Source of the DNA: Tubulanus polymorphus
Lineage: Eukaryota; Animalia; Nemertea
Direction: 5' to 3'
Length of the DNA stretch: 64,000 nucleotides
NCBI RefSeq assembly: GCF_964204645.1
Contig: NC_134036.1
Coordinates: 10,891,859-10,955,858 of the forward strand
Below are positions 33,661 through 48,466 of this stretch, piece by piece. Numbering within the stretch: position 1 is the first letter of the stretch; every line of letters starts with the position of its first letter. The position numbers were made by a program, and so were the translations under genes. The notes beneath the pieces were generated by a model that saw nothing but the letters and a program-made list of their open reading frames with translations, did no database searches and was not told the origin of the DNA.

Positions 33661-35749
33661 AAGGCCCCTAAAGACCAGAAGTGGCGATATCAACCTTTTA
33701 TGTGAAGTTCCAAAGAAGAAGAAAAATTTATCTCTTTATGGGATTCGACCTTTGTTTCATCAGTCCCTGGATTGAAGGAGTTGTGTCAACATTGTACCGT
33801 AAACATCTTACTTATTCTGAACACAAGAAACCAAATTGTTTTTAGGAATATTCTACGCGAGTTAGACATTATGAGGTAAGATATGGTTATAATAAATGTT
33901 TTAATGTTTTCAGATGTCAGCAAAGTATAATTGATTGTTGTCAAGGGTAAGGAGCGGTTTTTTACGCGTTTAATTACATGTGGCTTATGTGCACGTGTGT
34001 CTAATGTTACGGTTAACCCTAGTGATAGTAGATTTTTGAAGAGACAAGAACGCACTTAATCAGATACTGACAGTCACGAAATCAGGTAGGGTTATAGCAA
34101 AGGACTCCTTTTAAGTGTGTATTGAATAAATGGTTCCTAACTTTGACGTAGCGCCCTCTATACCTTTACCCGTAACATGCCGTTTTTCATTTTTGGCTTA
34201 TGTGCACGTATATCTTGTCTCAAATCTAACAATATTTACCCCTACCCTAACCCACTTTGGCTTATGGGCACGTATCTCTTATCTCCATCTAACAACATGT
34301 TTTAAGAGCATTGTTCCATCTCCATCTAACAACATGATTTAAGAGCATTGTTCCATTTTCAAACGTCCAAGCTGAAGCTACAGGAGGTCGTACATACATT
34401 TCGTCTTCGGCCCTTTGGTGGCCATCCTTTGGTGCCCAATGGAAAAATATTGGGCAGTTTAAATGAACGAAGCCTTATTAGATCAAGCAAATAAACGATA
34501 CATCATCACAATGAAGGTTTGTAAGCATGTTATGCCTAAAAAAATTGTTTTAATAATTTCGGGATTCGAACCTTAATTCTAAGCTGTACCGTACACGTGT
34601 ACCATTTTCGTAAGGGGTGTCTTGTTGTTTTTGCTGATGATGACTGGCACAAGCAACCTCTTGATTAGAAACGGCCCTCACTGAGGATATCTCATAAAGA
34701 TCTATTTCTGGTATTATTTTTACAGATAAACCGCGAGTTTGCGAGCGTACGGAATTAGTCGCTGAAATAGAACGAATGAGGGCTAAAATACGTGAATTAG
34801 AGGCCGCTTTAAAAGCTAAAGGTAAGAGAAAAATATACTGTTTAGTTTATATTTCACCCTTACAGCTTGGAATAAGGGGCCATGTCTATTTGAATTCTAA
34901 TTGTATGATTTATAGATGAAGAGATTATGAATACGAGATCAGTTGCTCAACCAGTAATGTTTCTACGCCTACTGATCATATCACTAGTGACAAGCACTCA
35001 GCAGCCCATGAGACTGGCTCCACAAGAGAGTATTCGCCTCCTCCGCCAGCCAATTCGTCGCGTCCGCCTATCGTAACTCCGACATTATACGACTGTTTAG
35101 ACATTCCTTTGCCGGAATCAGCTGTGCGGTGCAGCTTCGATGTTTCTTCATAAATCGTCTTAGAAGGTATCGAAGAACCTTTGAATTTATCATTACTTGC
35201 TCGAACGTCAACGCCCGTACCGGACACGCAGTTCCCGCGGAGACCACCCCCGCTGTACTTGCGGAACCTTGCGAATAAACATGTGAATTCAACGACCCAT
35301 TGCCAACCTTATTATCAATCCTTACTGTTGACCGAATTGTTTCACAATTCTGTGTCTGTGTCAGAATTGTGAGAATTGTTTCTACGCAGTTAGTCCTACA
35401 GCCGTCTCATCGAGCACAACACGAACAATTAAAAAGAAAAATAATTTTTGGCAAACTAAGTTTTCGATGCGCTCAAACCTTCAAATAGTATATTCTATAA
35501 CCAGGACTTTTTGAACCCCCTTGAAAACGAATAGCGATAGTACCGGTGTTTTGGTGTTTCTTTGTACACAGCGATGACCCGATCGCACTTCGCCTTTTAC
35601 AGAGAGCATCCTGAACAATTGGACTTTGTATTTATTGTAACCTTATTTCTCTTTGATACTGCAAATATTTTTGAATTCACCGAAATTCATAGTATTTTCA
35701 TAGTTATACTCCAAGTAATAGAACCTGTCAAAAGCGAAAGAACAAGCGA

Positions 35750-36567
35750 TATGATAGAGTGCATTTCTGTTTATACTCTCCCGATTCATCTACTAACATT
35801 TCTCGACATCTAGAGAATAATCATTTGGATAAGGAGGAAGTAAAGCGTATTATGAAATTGCCGATTGGATCAAAAATTCGAAGATTGGAATGGAAACTAC
35901 TAACAAATGAAGGGATTTCCTACACAACATCAATGTTTTGAAAACTAAGGAAGGAACCCTTATCGTTAGCTGCCGGGGTGACAACACCGATCCATTCGAC
36001 CACATACCGTGCCAGTATTGCAAAGCATTTTGTCTTCATCATCGCTGTGGCGGCACACAAAAAGATGTCCGTCTCGTCAAATAAGTCGATTCACCGCTAA
36101 AGACGACGAAGACGACGACGAGAATCCGGAAACTTCCTGTGTCAGAAGTGCCAGTCACGTTCTGCTCAGCGCGTTACTTAGATTATAGGATATCGTCGAA
36201 CTATTCGACAGGATGAAAAATGAGTTACACGACAGTGTCTAGCGGACACGTTTATTCAAACGCCAGGCAGCCCTGGAATTACACGCCCTAGGAGGCAAAC
36301 TTTCGAAAAAATATGATATCTCCCGGGTATCATAGAATGCTCGGACAATGCGGCGTCTTGTCATGGGAATTGGAATGTCTTGGGAATATGGTGGGCCATT
36401 TGCTTAACCATTGCGTTGCAGGGAAGATCGTTGATTCAATCCGATGCAGGGATGAGGCCCGAGAAAAATCAGCCGAACAGTTCAAGAAGATATTCGTAAG
36501 CGAATGGTGGTATAGCAAAAACTCCGCGGAAACCCGATGGCGGCTTATGAAAGCTGCGATTAATTAG
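35750..36567 (+). pseudogene. Remnant of the N-terminal region of a Crypton-like YR protein
   Basis: NISRHLENNH..EVKRI..LLTNEG; HNINVLKTKEGTLIV; HIPCQYCKAF..LWRHTKRCP across frameshifts; last motif parallels LWTHMNSCP at ~52940(-). Confidence 0.55.
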
Positions 36568-39099
36568 GTAAGTGTCTTTTCAGATCAAAGGTCGAAACTG
36601 CCAGAGCTCATTTAAACGAATTAAACCAAACTGAATACGTCTCGTACTGAATAAAACGAACGTCAAACCGACAGATTATGTAAGAAGTCGATTCGATTCC
36701 TCATCTAAGTCATGGGCTTCCGGGTGTCTACTGGTTCACTCAAGGTCGCTGGAGTGGTTTTAACATTCCTCCCCCAGCGAATCACGGATGCCGTTGCGCC
36801 CGGAGCCTGCGTTTTTGGTCACGGGCAATCACTAATCTCGTCCTTAACGCTGCAATCAATCATGTAAATACTGCTAATTATTCACAAGTCCATCCTAGGT
36901 GACCTTGTCGTCTGTCGAATCTCCTTTGGCGGTGTCATCCTAACGCTATCGTCGTTTTAATAGTATATCTTCCGTGCTATCTTCGTAGACCTATGCCGAT
37001 ATATTCTTATCTCTTCCGACTATTGCAATCTTCTATATTTAACAGTTGTAACTCCTCTTTCAAATACGCAGTCGTTGCTACGCCTGATAAACGTCACCAG
37101 TCTCGTATCCGAACGTTTACGTCGAGATTTTCAATTTGGCGCGCCGTCGTAAAATATCGACAATACACGTCGTTCGTTGAGTAACGACAACGTTCGTCAT
37201 TAACTGTTTGATGCTCCGTCGTATATTTCTTAACTGTTGATTAATGACAACGCTTGTAGTTAACTACTTGACACTCTGTCGTAGATTTCTTAGCCGCGCG
37301 TCCATCCTAGCTCTCGCGTCTTTATGTTCAATGCTCGTCTATTAATGTCGACCTTAGAAAAGACACGATCTCACCAACTCGGTCGTTTGGTCGTCTCTTC
37401 TGCACGACGTGTCAGAAGATGATCCGGCTCGGGTCGTATAAATATACTTGTAAATATTCTTCGGCTTGAAGGGACGAGATTTCTGATAGATAGTATGAGG
37501 AGTAATTCAGGAGTAATTCGTATGCTGACGTGATGCCTTTATGGCATCTAGAAAGTTGTTTTTATAATTAAAAGAAAATACAAATTCTAAAGACCATTTA
37601 ACATTCAAATCAAACTTCAGGACCTGCGTTTATTCGATTTTCTGGCACTGATAGAATGAGGATTTCCGTTGTTTTTCTGCTGCATAAATATCTAATTAGA
37701 TATCAGGATCTGACCTCCGTTACCGTCGACACTTACGCATATGGCTAGTTTGACAGATCTGGCATGACTCGCATTTAGCTCCTGAGATGACTGGGGACAG
37801 CGCTATGGTAGCAAAGCGAACTTGGAATGGGGTTAGCAATATCCGCCGAGTAATCAACACCGAGATGTTCGTTAGAGGGAAGCCCATAACCCGGGTTACT
37901 CAGAGGAGAGTGGGTTGGGGGTTTGCATTGGCCACACAGATTAAGGCTACGTGGAGTAGGGAGGCGACTGTTTGGAGGAGAGCATACTGCGAAAGCGCTT
38001 TTTAACGATAGTTTTCACATAAGACGAACAAATTTTATATATTTAAAACTACTAATTTTCCTGGGAAGACAGGAGTCTCCTAGCCGATTTAACTACCCGA
38101 GTGCGGTTGAGCTAGGCAGACCCGTCTAGCGGACGCCTGGGCACAGCAGAGTGACGAAAACTTCGCTACTTATGGTTTAAGTATTTTCAGAAATTTCTAA
38201 AGACCTTTTAACTGGTAATTTTCATGAAAAATAAGTAGTTTCCTTAACTATACACAAAAATCTTCTTCTTCTATCAAAATCAAATGTTTTCCTTTTTTTC
38301 GTGCGGGACCTTTATCTGTCTCAAGTTCAGAATCATATGCGTCACTAAGCTTAGATTGAGATAATGGATCTGAAGAGAACTCGGCACCAGACATGACAAA
38401 ATTATCCACACCAGCTGCCATTTTAGAGTATGTTGGTGTTGCTAGGCAAAATTTGGTTCAACCTCCAAAAACGGAAGGTGCGTTTAGTTTCCTTAGAAGA
38501 TGTTTGGGCAAGGTTGGATGGTATAGTTCAGAAATTTATCGGCTTCAAACATAGATCGATTGTCTGGATAATTGATGATTGGCGTGGAAGGATGTAGTCA
38601 TACAGAATATGTTGAGGCTATTTCTCATCGGAAACATCCATGCTGGGGCATACAGGCAGTTCATCGACATACCCGTGGCTCTAGTGTCATGTAACTCTCG
38701 ACGATTTGCGAAACAAAAAAGAAATGCGCCATAGTATCCAAAATATCACTTACATATTTACAAGACTTAAACGCTGCATTCCAATGGAGTCACAGCGTAA
38801 ATCATCCCATGCTTTTACCACCAGTGGAAATTACTTATTTCGTACCCCCATCCATTCATATGTCCATAGGAATTGGATAGCAAATTATGCAATTGGTTGA
38901 ACAACGCTACCGGGAGCTACGTAGACAAAACAACGCTAAATGAGAGAGATTCAATCTTATATGAACAATGGGCAACTTGAAGATTAGCTGGCTAAGCTGA
39001 CCTTAATAAAAATAATCTTCAGTGTTAAAACTCACAAATTGCTAAGAAAAAAAGCTTCTAGTTCTTCAAACTGTTCCGGCGCTATTTGTTTGATTCCAG

Positions 39100-39873
39100 T
39101 AATAGATGTCCCAAAACCAAATCAATGTGTACTGTTCAAATGGTAATGCGCCACATAACGAACAATGTGTTGTTATTCGTCAGGGCAGCAGTCATGTATT
39201 TCACCACCACCAGTGTAGTCCATACTACTGGCAAAAGGATTTCAACAACTATGGTAATGATATTTCAAACCGAACGTGATTTACCATTTGTTATCAAAGA
39301 GCCCTAGAAATTCGTTTATTGCCTGATCGATCATCTCCGAAATCAATTCACTCGGAAATTCAATATGGGTCCAATATAAATAGCCCTTGATAATAAGTTG
39401 CATGAAAATGGTATTGCCTGGCAATCTAATAGTTTTACTGGTAATCATGTACACAAATTATTGAAGATCCACACCCATTCTAAAAACTCCTTGAAGTTAT
39501 TGAGACTTTTTGATCCATTCCCATCAGAAAAATTTAAATTACTTACACTTAACACACAATTCAGTGACATGTATGCATTGTATACAGCATATCACTTTCT
39601 TCAAGACGAGATAAACAGCTTGAAACATCATCGTCATGATTTTGATTGTTTCCAACTAAATTTACCGCATCGACAATAACAGCAAGAACGCAGATACATA
39701 TATATCATGTTCCAGAGTTAAGATCGGGCAAGGACACTCTTGATGAACAAGGCCTTCAGAGTAAACATGCGATCATGAATGAAGATTGTCGAACTTGTAG
39801 CGCTGTGCGCAATCAGGTTCTTCTTAAACGCACGAGACTGCTGACAAGAATTGATAATTGGGAAACTCAGTAG
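39100..39873 (+). pseudogene. Highly degenerate DDE transposase remnant (Chapaev/Transib-like)
   Basis: SFTGNHVHKLL, YHVPE, EQGLQSKHAIMN in successive frames. Confidence 0.4.
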
Positions 39874-42543
39874 CGTTTTGATGTTTCATATTCCACCGGT
39901 TCAGAATCTGGGAACTCGGCATTGTGAATTTTTCTATTTCACCGAGTTGAGAATTGGTATAACGAATATTTTTTCGAATAATTTTTAGTGAAATTCACCG
40001 AAATCATCCGTAATGAATAAGGGGGAATCTGCCGTGTATGTGTAAACTCGGAATTGATAATATATTACTTTAGCGAGGTAAAGAATTAATAAACGATGAA
40101 AAAAATGGTATATGATTACCCCTCAGAATGTGTTCGGAGTGCAGACTACCATTAACGCTCATGAATTATGCAAAACGCTAGCGTTAAATATGCACTTGAT
40201 TTAGGCCCTCACCTGAATTAGTGGCCTATGAACATTTATCACCCTCGCTTGTTGAATGTAATTGACATTTGCAATAATTCATAGATACAAATGACTTATA
40301 CCCTTCTTTAATTAAGGTAGAAAAAGCCGCAGTTTAAAGCTGCAGCACAGTCAGTTGCCAACAAAGGTACAGAGCCAGCAGCCCCTTTCTCAAAGGGACT
40401 CTATACCCCATTCAGATAATGAGTTATATGTTGTATCGAGGTCATCAAGATCCCATTACTTCCTACTAATACCTCATGCCCGATTTTTTTCTATACACCT
40501 ACGTTGAGGCCACTTGTTAAATTGTTAAGGAAAATGTATGCCGATCCAGACTTATTTGATATTCAGCAGACCCAAAAGAAGTGATTTTCAGACCCAGTTT
40601 GTTTGAATGTCATACAACCAATTTAGGTGACGAATGTTATTAAATCACTACTGACTCAAATGGCTCAGATTAATTGGGAGTTTGTGAGAAAGACGGAAGA
40701 TCATTTAGTTGCTATATCTAAAATATAAGGACTTTTAAGGGATGATTAACCTGGGTTAAGAGGGAGTAGAATGGAAGTAGCGGGTATTGAAAATACCATA
40801 TAGGTTAAGGTTAGAAGCGGGTGAGGAAATAGTTTAGGAATGTGTGAAACGTACAAATTAGTATATAAGTCTAAGGTTTTTAAAGTTAGAGAGTACAAAA
40901 AGAGAGTTGGGCGATAAAGCAGAGAGATATGTTACACTAAGGAGAAGAAAATAAAGAAGCAGTGTGGTCGTATAAGAAAACTTGTTATAACTTATATTAC
41001 CCTCAGAAGGGAGAACGCTTAGGACAACCCAAATGAACAAGCCCGTCAACACCATTGGTTGAGAAAGTAGTCACACACCAACTACTAGCAGAACTTTGTG
41101 ACACAACAACTCTTCGAGAATTCCGTGGCAATTACAAATGGTACAGATTTTCAAAGTGACATTACGGTTCGATGTCGCAGGTATTGAATTTGAAAGACCA
41201 CGGGTCATGGTATGAAGGTGCACAGACAATACTATAGATTACCAGACAACAGATGCGAGTGGCAAAATAGACAACTAGTTGACGTGAAGGGGACACATTT
41301 GGAGGAGATCGCTGTGGACAAAGAAAGAAAAGGTTAAATACCTCTATACAAAGATATGGTAGCCATAATAATTCTTGTCAGCAACTTTATTTCATGAACA
41401 ATAAACATGAAACTCAAATGCAACCAGCAAGAAGTGTTTGAAACAACGAACAGTCAACTCCCTATATACCGCCCACATGGGTGTAGAACGTTTTACATGG
41501 TATAGAGTGTATGGCGGTGTATTGGAGGTGCTTTACTACGTATTTGTATAGAGATGTACATTGAGAAAACCTGGCGGCAGGAGGGGGTTGCTGTAAATAT
41601 GATGGTGGTTTATCGGGGGTTAAATGTACCCCAAAATCTTGGTTTTCCGATCAACTCAAAAAAATGTTGGTGTATTTTGTGGATGCTAAGGTTTCAAGAT
41701 TGTAAATAAAGTCTGAATTCAGATGTAGCAGCTGATTGGATTAATAAATATATTGTACCATAGTAGAGGCTAGCGACATTGACACTAGTGCCGATACTAA
41801 TTCCATCCTAGGTTAGATAAGGCGTGATAAGATCTTAAATAGATCGAAATAACTTCCTCCATTTCAATTGACTTGAACAGGACAGTAAAACGTTCAAAGT
41901 ACAATGTACACAAATACATTATTCACCTAAACTTTACAAACGCAAACGTACAATGCACATTACAAGGAATAAAATATATTTAAAAGCATAATTAAATTAA
42001 AACTTTTCATAGCGGATATTTGAAACTTATAGCCATTGTCATCGTACATGAAATAAGAAATTAGCCTCCGCTCTGAAGTCGGATCCTTCGAATGCTGTTC
42101 GATTTGGCTAAATTCCAAATTGAATTTTCAATGAAAATTTCATTGGGGACTTGTTAAAGATAGTATTAGGGTAATAAAACTATCGCCTGGACAATTTCAA
42201 CCACTTCACTGGTTAGCAAAAAAACAATGGTTGCTATGAATAATACACGTCCAGAGTTATTAATCAAATTCCCATTGACCCAAGTGACAAAATGGTTAGT
42301 ACCACTCATTATGATTAGCTAAGTCTATATTTTTAAAATGGACCCACCTTCACTTTCCCATGGCTAAGCTATGCATACATTTGAGTTAGAAAGCCTACTG
42401 ATACATGATGCCTAGTGATAACTTGTTAAACTTTACACATATTGAATTAGCGTTTTTCTTAGGACTTGTTTTAGGACTTATCTCAGGAAAATGGGATTTC
42501 TAGATAAACCTCAAAATCCGGAAACCGGCTCACATCTATACGA

Positions 42544-42548
<5 letters not shown>

Positions 42549-42592
<44 letters not shown>
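42549..42592. repeat. (TA)n microsatellite
   Basis: Uninterrupted TA run. Confidence 0.95.
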
Positions 42593-42599
<7 letters not shown>

Positions 42600-42679
42600 A
42601 GAGTATGTTTATGGGGTGATGATATCAAACCAACTTAGGGGGTCCAATTTTAGGACCTACCAATGAGCTGGCATATACA

Positions 42680-42761
42680 TTGTACATTTGCATAATATAT
42701 ACACCCCGTAGGTAAATTGGTTGTACATTTGCATAATATATACACCCCGTAGGTAAATTGG
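42680..42761. repeat. Short tandem duplication, 2 x ~41 bp
   Basis: TTGTACATTTGCATAATATATACACCCCGTAGGTAAATTGG twice. Confidence 0.9.
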
Positions 42762-43072
42762 TACACAACCCATAGGTGAATATGAAATATACATTCGTAT
42801 GTATAAACCACTGCAGCTAACAAACACGCGATTAATTCACCGAGTTCATGGTTAGCCTTGCAAAGATGCTACATAATTCACAAACAAGCCTCTGGATGAA
42901 GACAAATCCGACATCGGGATAATTGTGATACGTAATTGTACATTTCTTATTGATCAAAACCTTTTCAAGCTTTGGATTAAAGCAAATCACCGTTGATAAT
43001 GCAACTGCCGGGGTACTAATCCCAATCAATTCGACAAAGCTAACTAGAGCACAAACTTTAGCTAACTAGTAC

Positions 43073-43381
43073 CAGGCCCGTAGCCAGGGGGTGCGTCGGA
43101 TACGAACACACCCGTCCCCCACGAAAGAAAAGGACCGCAATTTAACCAATGAAAACAATTGTCCCTAAGAAAAACTGGTCGATCTATTTGCTATACTCTG
43201 CATATGTCATTTTCATATTTTATCAGAGTGCCACATATTAAAAGATATTGAAAGCCAAATGAGAGCTGACTTCGCATCAAAACTTTGAGCCGTCACTTGA
43301 CTTTACTGGCATGGTTAAGGTCCATTTGTAGTTTATATCGCTCCCCCCCCCCCTGGAAGGCCCTGGCTAAATACGGACCTG
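43073..43381. mobile_element. MITE with CAGG.CCGTA.CCAGGG termini
   Basis: CAGGCCCGTAGCCAGGG ... CCCTGGCTAAATACGGACCTG; flanked by AGTAC on both sides. Confidence 0.65.
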
Positions 43382-43974
43382 AGTACTGCTAATTAAATTT
43401 CAACACTGATTTTAGATTTGATAATGCAGCTGTCAATCTGCTATCTGTACCCGCTCCTGGACGATCGACGTCGACCTTTTCGATATCCTGACGATCGGTA
43501 GGGCATATCTAGGGTCTGAATTTGGGGGGGAGGAAGAAAAATTGTACCTCGCTTAGTTGGCCATAAGGGAACCATCATTTTGGGCGCATGCAAGCATGGG
43601 GTCTGGGGGGGGGCTCTTTTGGATTTTAATGCCATTTTAGTGCATTCTGAGCACTTCTGCGAACATTTTACTTTATTTTAGGGGGTATCCGCCCCTGACA
43701 GGTTTTTGTCAGGTTTGCGAAAGCCTGTCAATAACACTTGTGTATCATTTCGAACTGAGGGCAGAGGAAGGCGAATGTCTGTCGAAAATATTGCCATTGA
43801 AATGACGATGTTTGACGTTAAAATTTCATAATTTAGTGTCGATAACAATTTTTAATTTTAACTGTAAAAAGGATTCGAACCGTAAATATACGTTACAACT
43901 TCGGTGCTTATATATGACACCACTGTGAAATTACACATTTTACCACCTGTCCTCCGTTACATACAAGAAACAGG

Positions 43975-44087
43975 ATCTTTCATTATCTTCTCACCGTGAA
44001 CGAAAGAAATCTCAGTATAAGTGAGAAATTAGCTTTCTCACTTAGACTGAGATCTCTTTCGTTCACAGTGAGAAGATAATGAAAGAT
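43975..44087. repeat. 113-bp near-perfect palindrome
   Basis: 54-bp arms with 3 mismatches, loop TTAGC. Confidence 0.92.
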
Positions 44088-44936
44088 GAGAGCTGTCTAT
44101 GTTTGAGATACAGTAACTTTCTTGTGATGGACGCAATACAATATCATTACTTTATGAGGCCAATCTACTTGTATTATAATGATAGATAACCTTCCCAGAC
44201 CCGTGCTTTATTATTCAGTTTTGCTTTGCAACGGTGGCAATGTTTGTTGTTAATATCATCTTAAAAGTTATAGGCTATGGTCGTGCCTGAAATCCTCAGC
44301 GTATTGGTGATATCCTGGCTAACCTCGAAGTCTTGATGATCAGTTTTTAATAGGATAGGGATAATAGTCTCTCGATTATCTGAGGTGGGTGGATACAGAC
44401 AGCAGATTGACCGCTGCACATTTCGATTACTTAATGAATGAATTGTCTTTGGTCACATGTAAAAAATGGAGCTGGCTTTCTTGACAAGGCAATAAAAATT
44501 GGGGCAGTTGACTGGATTTCACACAAGTAGATTTCCATTCCTTTGCGACTCTGCCTTTAGGGAAAACTGAATTAAAATTAAACAGATCTCTTATCAATGT
44601 CACATCATTTATTTTATTTCTTATATGCTCAGATAAATGGAACAAGGTACATATATACTATGTAGAGAACGAGTTTTGAATTTGACTACATTAACGGCTC
44701 AAATGATACAGCAAACTAAACTACAACTAGAATGTGGCAGCAACACCACGTATTCCATGAACCCAATGGCTATTTAGATTGAAAAGTAGAAGTATAATTC
44801 GTTAAGTCATCTGATGCAAGCGCTAAAAATGGATTATTCACACAAATCAAAAATTTGTTAAGTCATCAGATGCAGTTGCTAAAAATTGATTATTCACACA
44901 AATCAAAAATTTGTTAAGTCATCAGATGCAGTTGCT

Positions 44937-47369
44937 AACTAGGGGTCCAGGGACACCATTGCCACTTGGAAAGTGGTTTCAAATGCTCAACAATCTAAAA
45001 TTTCAATATTCAACGCCTCCTTGTGACCGTATACAAAAACCAATGACCTTGAAACTCACCACAATGATAAAACAGGTCATAACCTACAATTTTGCAATCG
45101 ATTATGGTAACAAAATATACCTAGGTACCAATATAATAAGGAAATGCTAAGTTATTCTACTATTCAACGGCCCCTGGTGACCATATAGAAAAACTAATTA
45201 CCTTTAAGCTCACCACAATCATAGACCATGTCATGAGCTACAACTTTGCAATGGATGGTGGCAACAAAATATGCATAGGTATGAATATAATATAGAAATA
45301 CTAAGTTATTGTATTATTCAACGCCCTCTGGAGGCCATATACAAAAACCAATGACCTTGAAATTCACTAGAATCATAGAACATGTTATGAGCTACAACTT
45401 TGCAATTGATTGTGGTTACAAAATATGCATAAGGGACCATTTAATAAGTACGTACGCACAAAATCTCCGATTTTCTACCCCTCCCCCTATGTACGCAAGT
45501 GTACTAAAACTGAGACTCACCCCCCCCCCCCCCTTTGAGTACGTACGCACTAATGTGACACGAGCTGTACTAAAACTGACACCTACCCCCTTTGAGTATG
45601 CCACGTGTTGAGATATATCAAACTATGCGGCGATACTAGTGACCTTGAGTCTCGGAACCAATATTGTTGGGTGTCAGAAATAAACGGAACAATAAGAACA
45701 ACACTATAGGCAATTGACCCGCTTTATTAATAACACTTTATTAATGCATGTATGATGTAAACAAGCTTCTGTTTGTATAATCAGGTCTATCGCATGCGTA
45801 CGTACGAAATTGTCTGAAGCAACCCCCTCCCCATACGCAAATATACGCATTCTACGTAGAATGACAACTAAAACTATGAATGACCCGGCAAAGTGAGAGC
45901 CTGAGTTTCATCGGAGGTTTTTCATTATCATACGGCCCTAATTAGGACAGAAGCTCCCAATGAAAATTTGAGGCCAGTGTGGCGGGTACTAACGAAATAA
46001 AGTTTATCGACTGACATGGTTTTTAATAATTTCACGATAGGATTGCTTTAATTAGGCAGCCAAGCAACATCTTCACTCAGAATCGTTGTTACGTGCGACC
46101 TGCACATTGGCGCTTTTTATCTATAACTGATACATACACACAGTGACACGAGATAAGGCTATATTGTCTACGCGACTGTACGCGACTGTTTTCAACGCGA
46201 ACGCTCATCACTATGCCGCGATTAACAAACTAATACAAATAATCAGGCTCCAAAACGGATCGTTAATGCGAACGTCAATAAAATGACATCAATTAATGAT
46301 GATAAACAAATTATTCCAGTCGTGTTAATATCACTCATCTTTAAAAAAATTCGATGCTATCAGCTGATTAGTATCATCGACATCGAATCAGCCGTGTGGC
46401 GAACACGGAAGTAAATTTCCACAATTTGAAACCAGAATTTTGTCAGATATCTTGATGCAACGTTACCTTATGCACAGGATTTCAAAACTGGACGAATCAT
46501 TGAACACATCGCACACAATAAATCGTTATATCATACGCCTTGAGTATCAGTATTTTCGCTAGAAATGATGAATATGAACCGCTTCAATTGCGCTGCCATT
46601 TTGTGCCACCTCATTTACATATTCAACGAATGCTATGACGCCATGATGGAGTTCAAACCGGGTCAACACAAATTTTATATAACCGAGATTTTGAGATTTT
46701 GACGAAACCGAGTTTCGTCTTTGAAAGCCCATAACTACCGAACAAAACGTTGGATCTTGACGAGATAAAGTTCTTCCGACGCAAATTGCATTGAATTTTC
46801 ACATGTGTTATTTTGAACAATTAAAGATGCTGCATAAAAAAACGTGCTCAGATAAATCGAATTTTTGACACTTTTTGGTTAATTTCTCAAAAAATATGAA
46901 ACCCACGGCTTTCAACTTTGCGCACCATAAAGACAAATTAAAACAAATTACGAAATATATTATTGCTTAATCGGTTCAATTCGCCCATAAGTAGTGAAAT
47001 TACAGGCTACTGAAATTGCGTTTGTGTGTGCTAAAAATAGCTTTGAGCGTAGTGTATTAAGCATACGAATGATTATCGATCGACCAGACCGTTGACATAG
47101 GCTAAAAAGTGAAAAAAGTCCTGATTTTGGCGAACAACAATGGCTGCCAGTCGGCCATCTTGAATCTGACAGGGCCAGTTTTTGGGCTGAAGATGTGTCT
47201 AGGGTAGATACATGTGTAACCCAAATATCAAGTCAATCCATTGAAGCGTCTTCAAAACTTCCTAAAATAACTAGATTCCGTCTACGGACGAACGGACGAA
47301 TGAACGGACGACGGACGAAAAGTGAACGCAATAGCCCGCTGGGACTAAAGTCCCAAGTGGGCCAAAAAT
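44937..47369 (-). mobile_element. HINE/Helentron-like element with ~153-bp internal tandem repeats and nested insertions
   Basis: End AACTAGGGGTCCAGGGACACC; other end hairpin GCCCGCTGGGAC..GTCCCAAGTGGGC with GGAC/GAAC microsatellite; interrupts a ~57-bp tandem repeat that resumes at ~47365. Confidence 0.7.
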
Positions 47370-48466
47370 TGATTATTCACACAAATTAAAAATTCATAGT
47401 CATCAGATGCAGTCGCTAAAAATCAAGACTGATGATAGCTAACAGTACTTAGTAGTTCATTGCCTGGATCAAAGATCTAATATAGCAATTCGTTGGAAAA
47501 TCTAAACCAGTACAACACAATAGATGTCAATTACTCACTTCACTAAACTACAAATTTTTGTTTGCCTGTTATGTAATTATGAACCCGTGATCTTATTTGG
47601 GCAGTTGTTCTTCCCTTTAGTTTATCGCAAACTTCCCTGATTTTAGATGCGGGAGGCATCTTCTTCGATTCGATGTAATCCTTCATAATGTTGAAAAATA
47701 CTGTATTTTCTTCATCTGACCATCGTTTTCTGATGACAACTGAACAAAAAATAACAAATAGTCAAACCAGAACCCGATCAATATATTTATTTCAAAGCTA
47801 TTTCTATTATGTTCGTTCTAATTTTACTTACCATTTCTTATTGGTTCATTTGTGATAGAAATGGTAGATGTAGATGCACACACAGGTTTCACTGCACTAT
47901 CCACTAACTTTTTTAACATTACCAGAGGTTGTATCTGATGTTTCTGCTTCGTCAAATTGAGCCGAATGCAAAGGCAGAGCTGAAATTAGAATGAAGGGAA
48001 ATTAGAATGATAATAAAACAAATACAAATACATGTATCTAGACAATCTATGTCAGTATGGAGCACTGTAAAAATAAAAACCTGCCGCCCTCGTCACTATT
48101 CCAAAAAGGGCTGATGAGAAACAAGAGTATTTCTTTGCATGGCTTTGGGTTGCTAAGGTATAGATTTTTTTAGAAGATATTGATTTTTTCAAGCAAGTGA
48201 GTCTCGCGAGGAAGCGTTTTTGAGTAATACAAAAGAGGAACTGAAATATTTTTGGAGGCAATTTTAGCCACTTTAACTTCAAACACAGTCTTGTATGTGT
48301 AAACACTGAAAAGCACAAGGTCAGTGTAGGTATAATTTATTTATTGAAACCTGATGTGTAGTTGCTGAGTACTGAGCGGTCAAAGCGCCGACTGAGCGCC
48401 AGTCTGAAATTTAGGCGTAAAATAACGACTACGCGACTGGGTGGGTGGTTCATGCAAGCTCATGCA

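Noticed and set aside
36570-38200. Possible LTR or retroelement UTR
   Set aside because: No paired termini, TSD or coding motifs could be established
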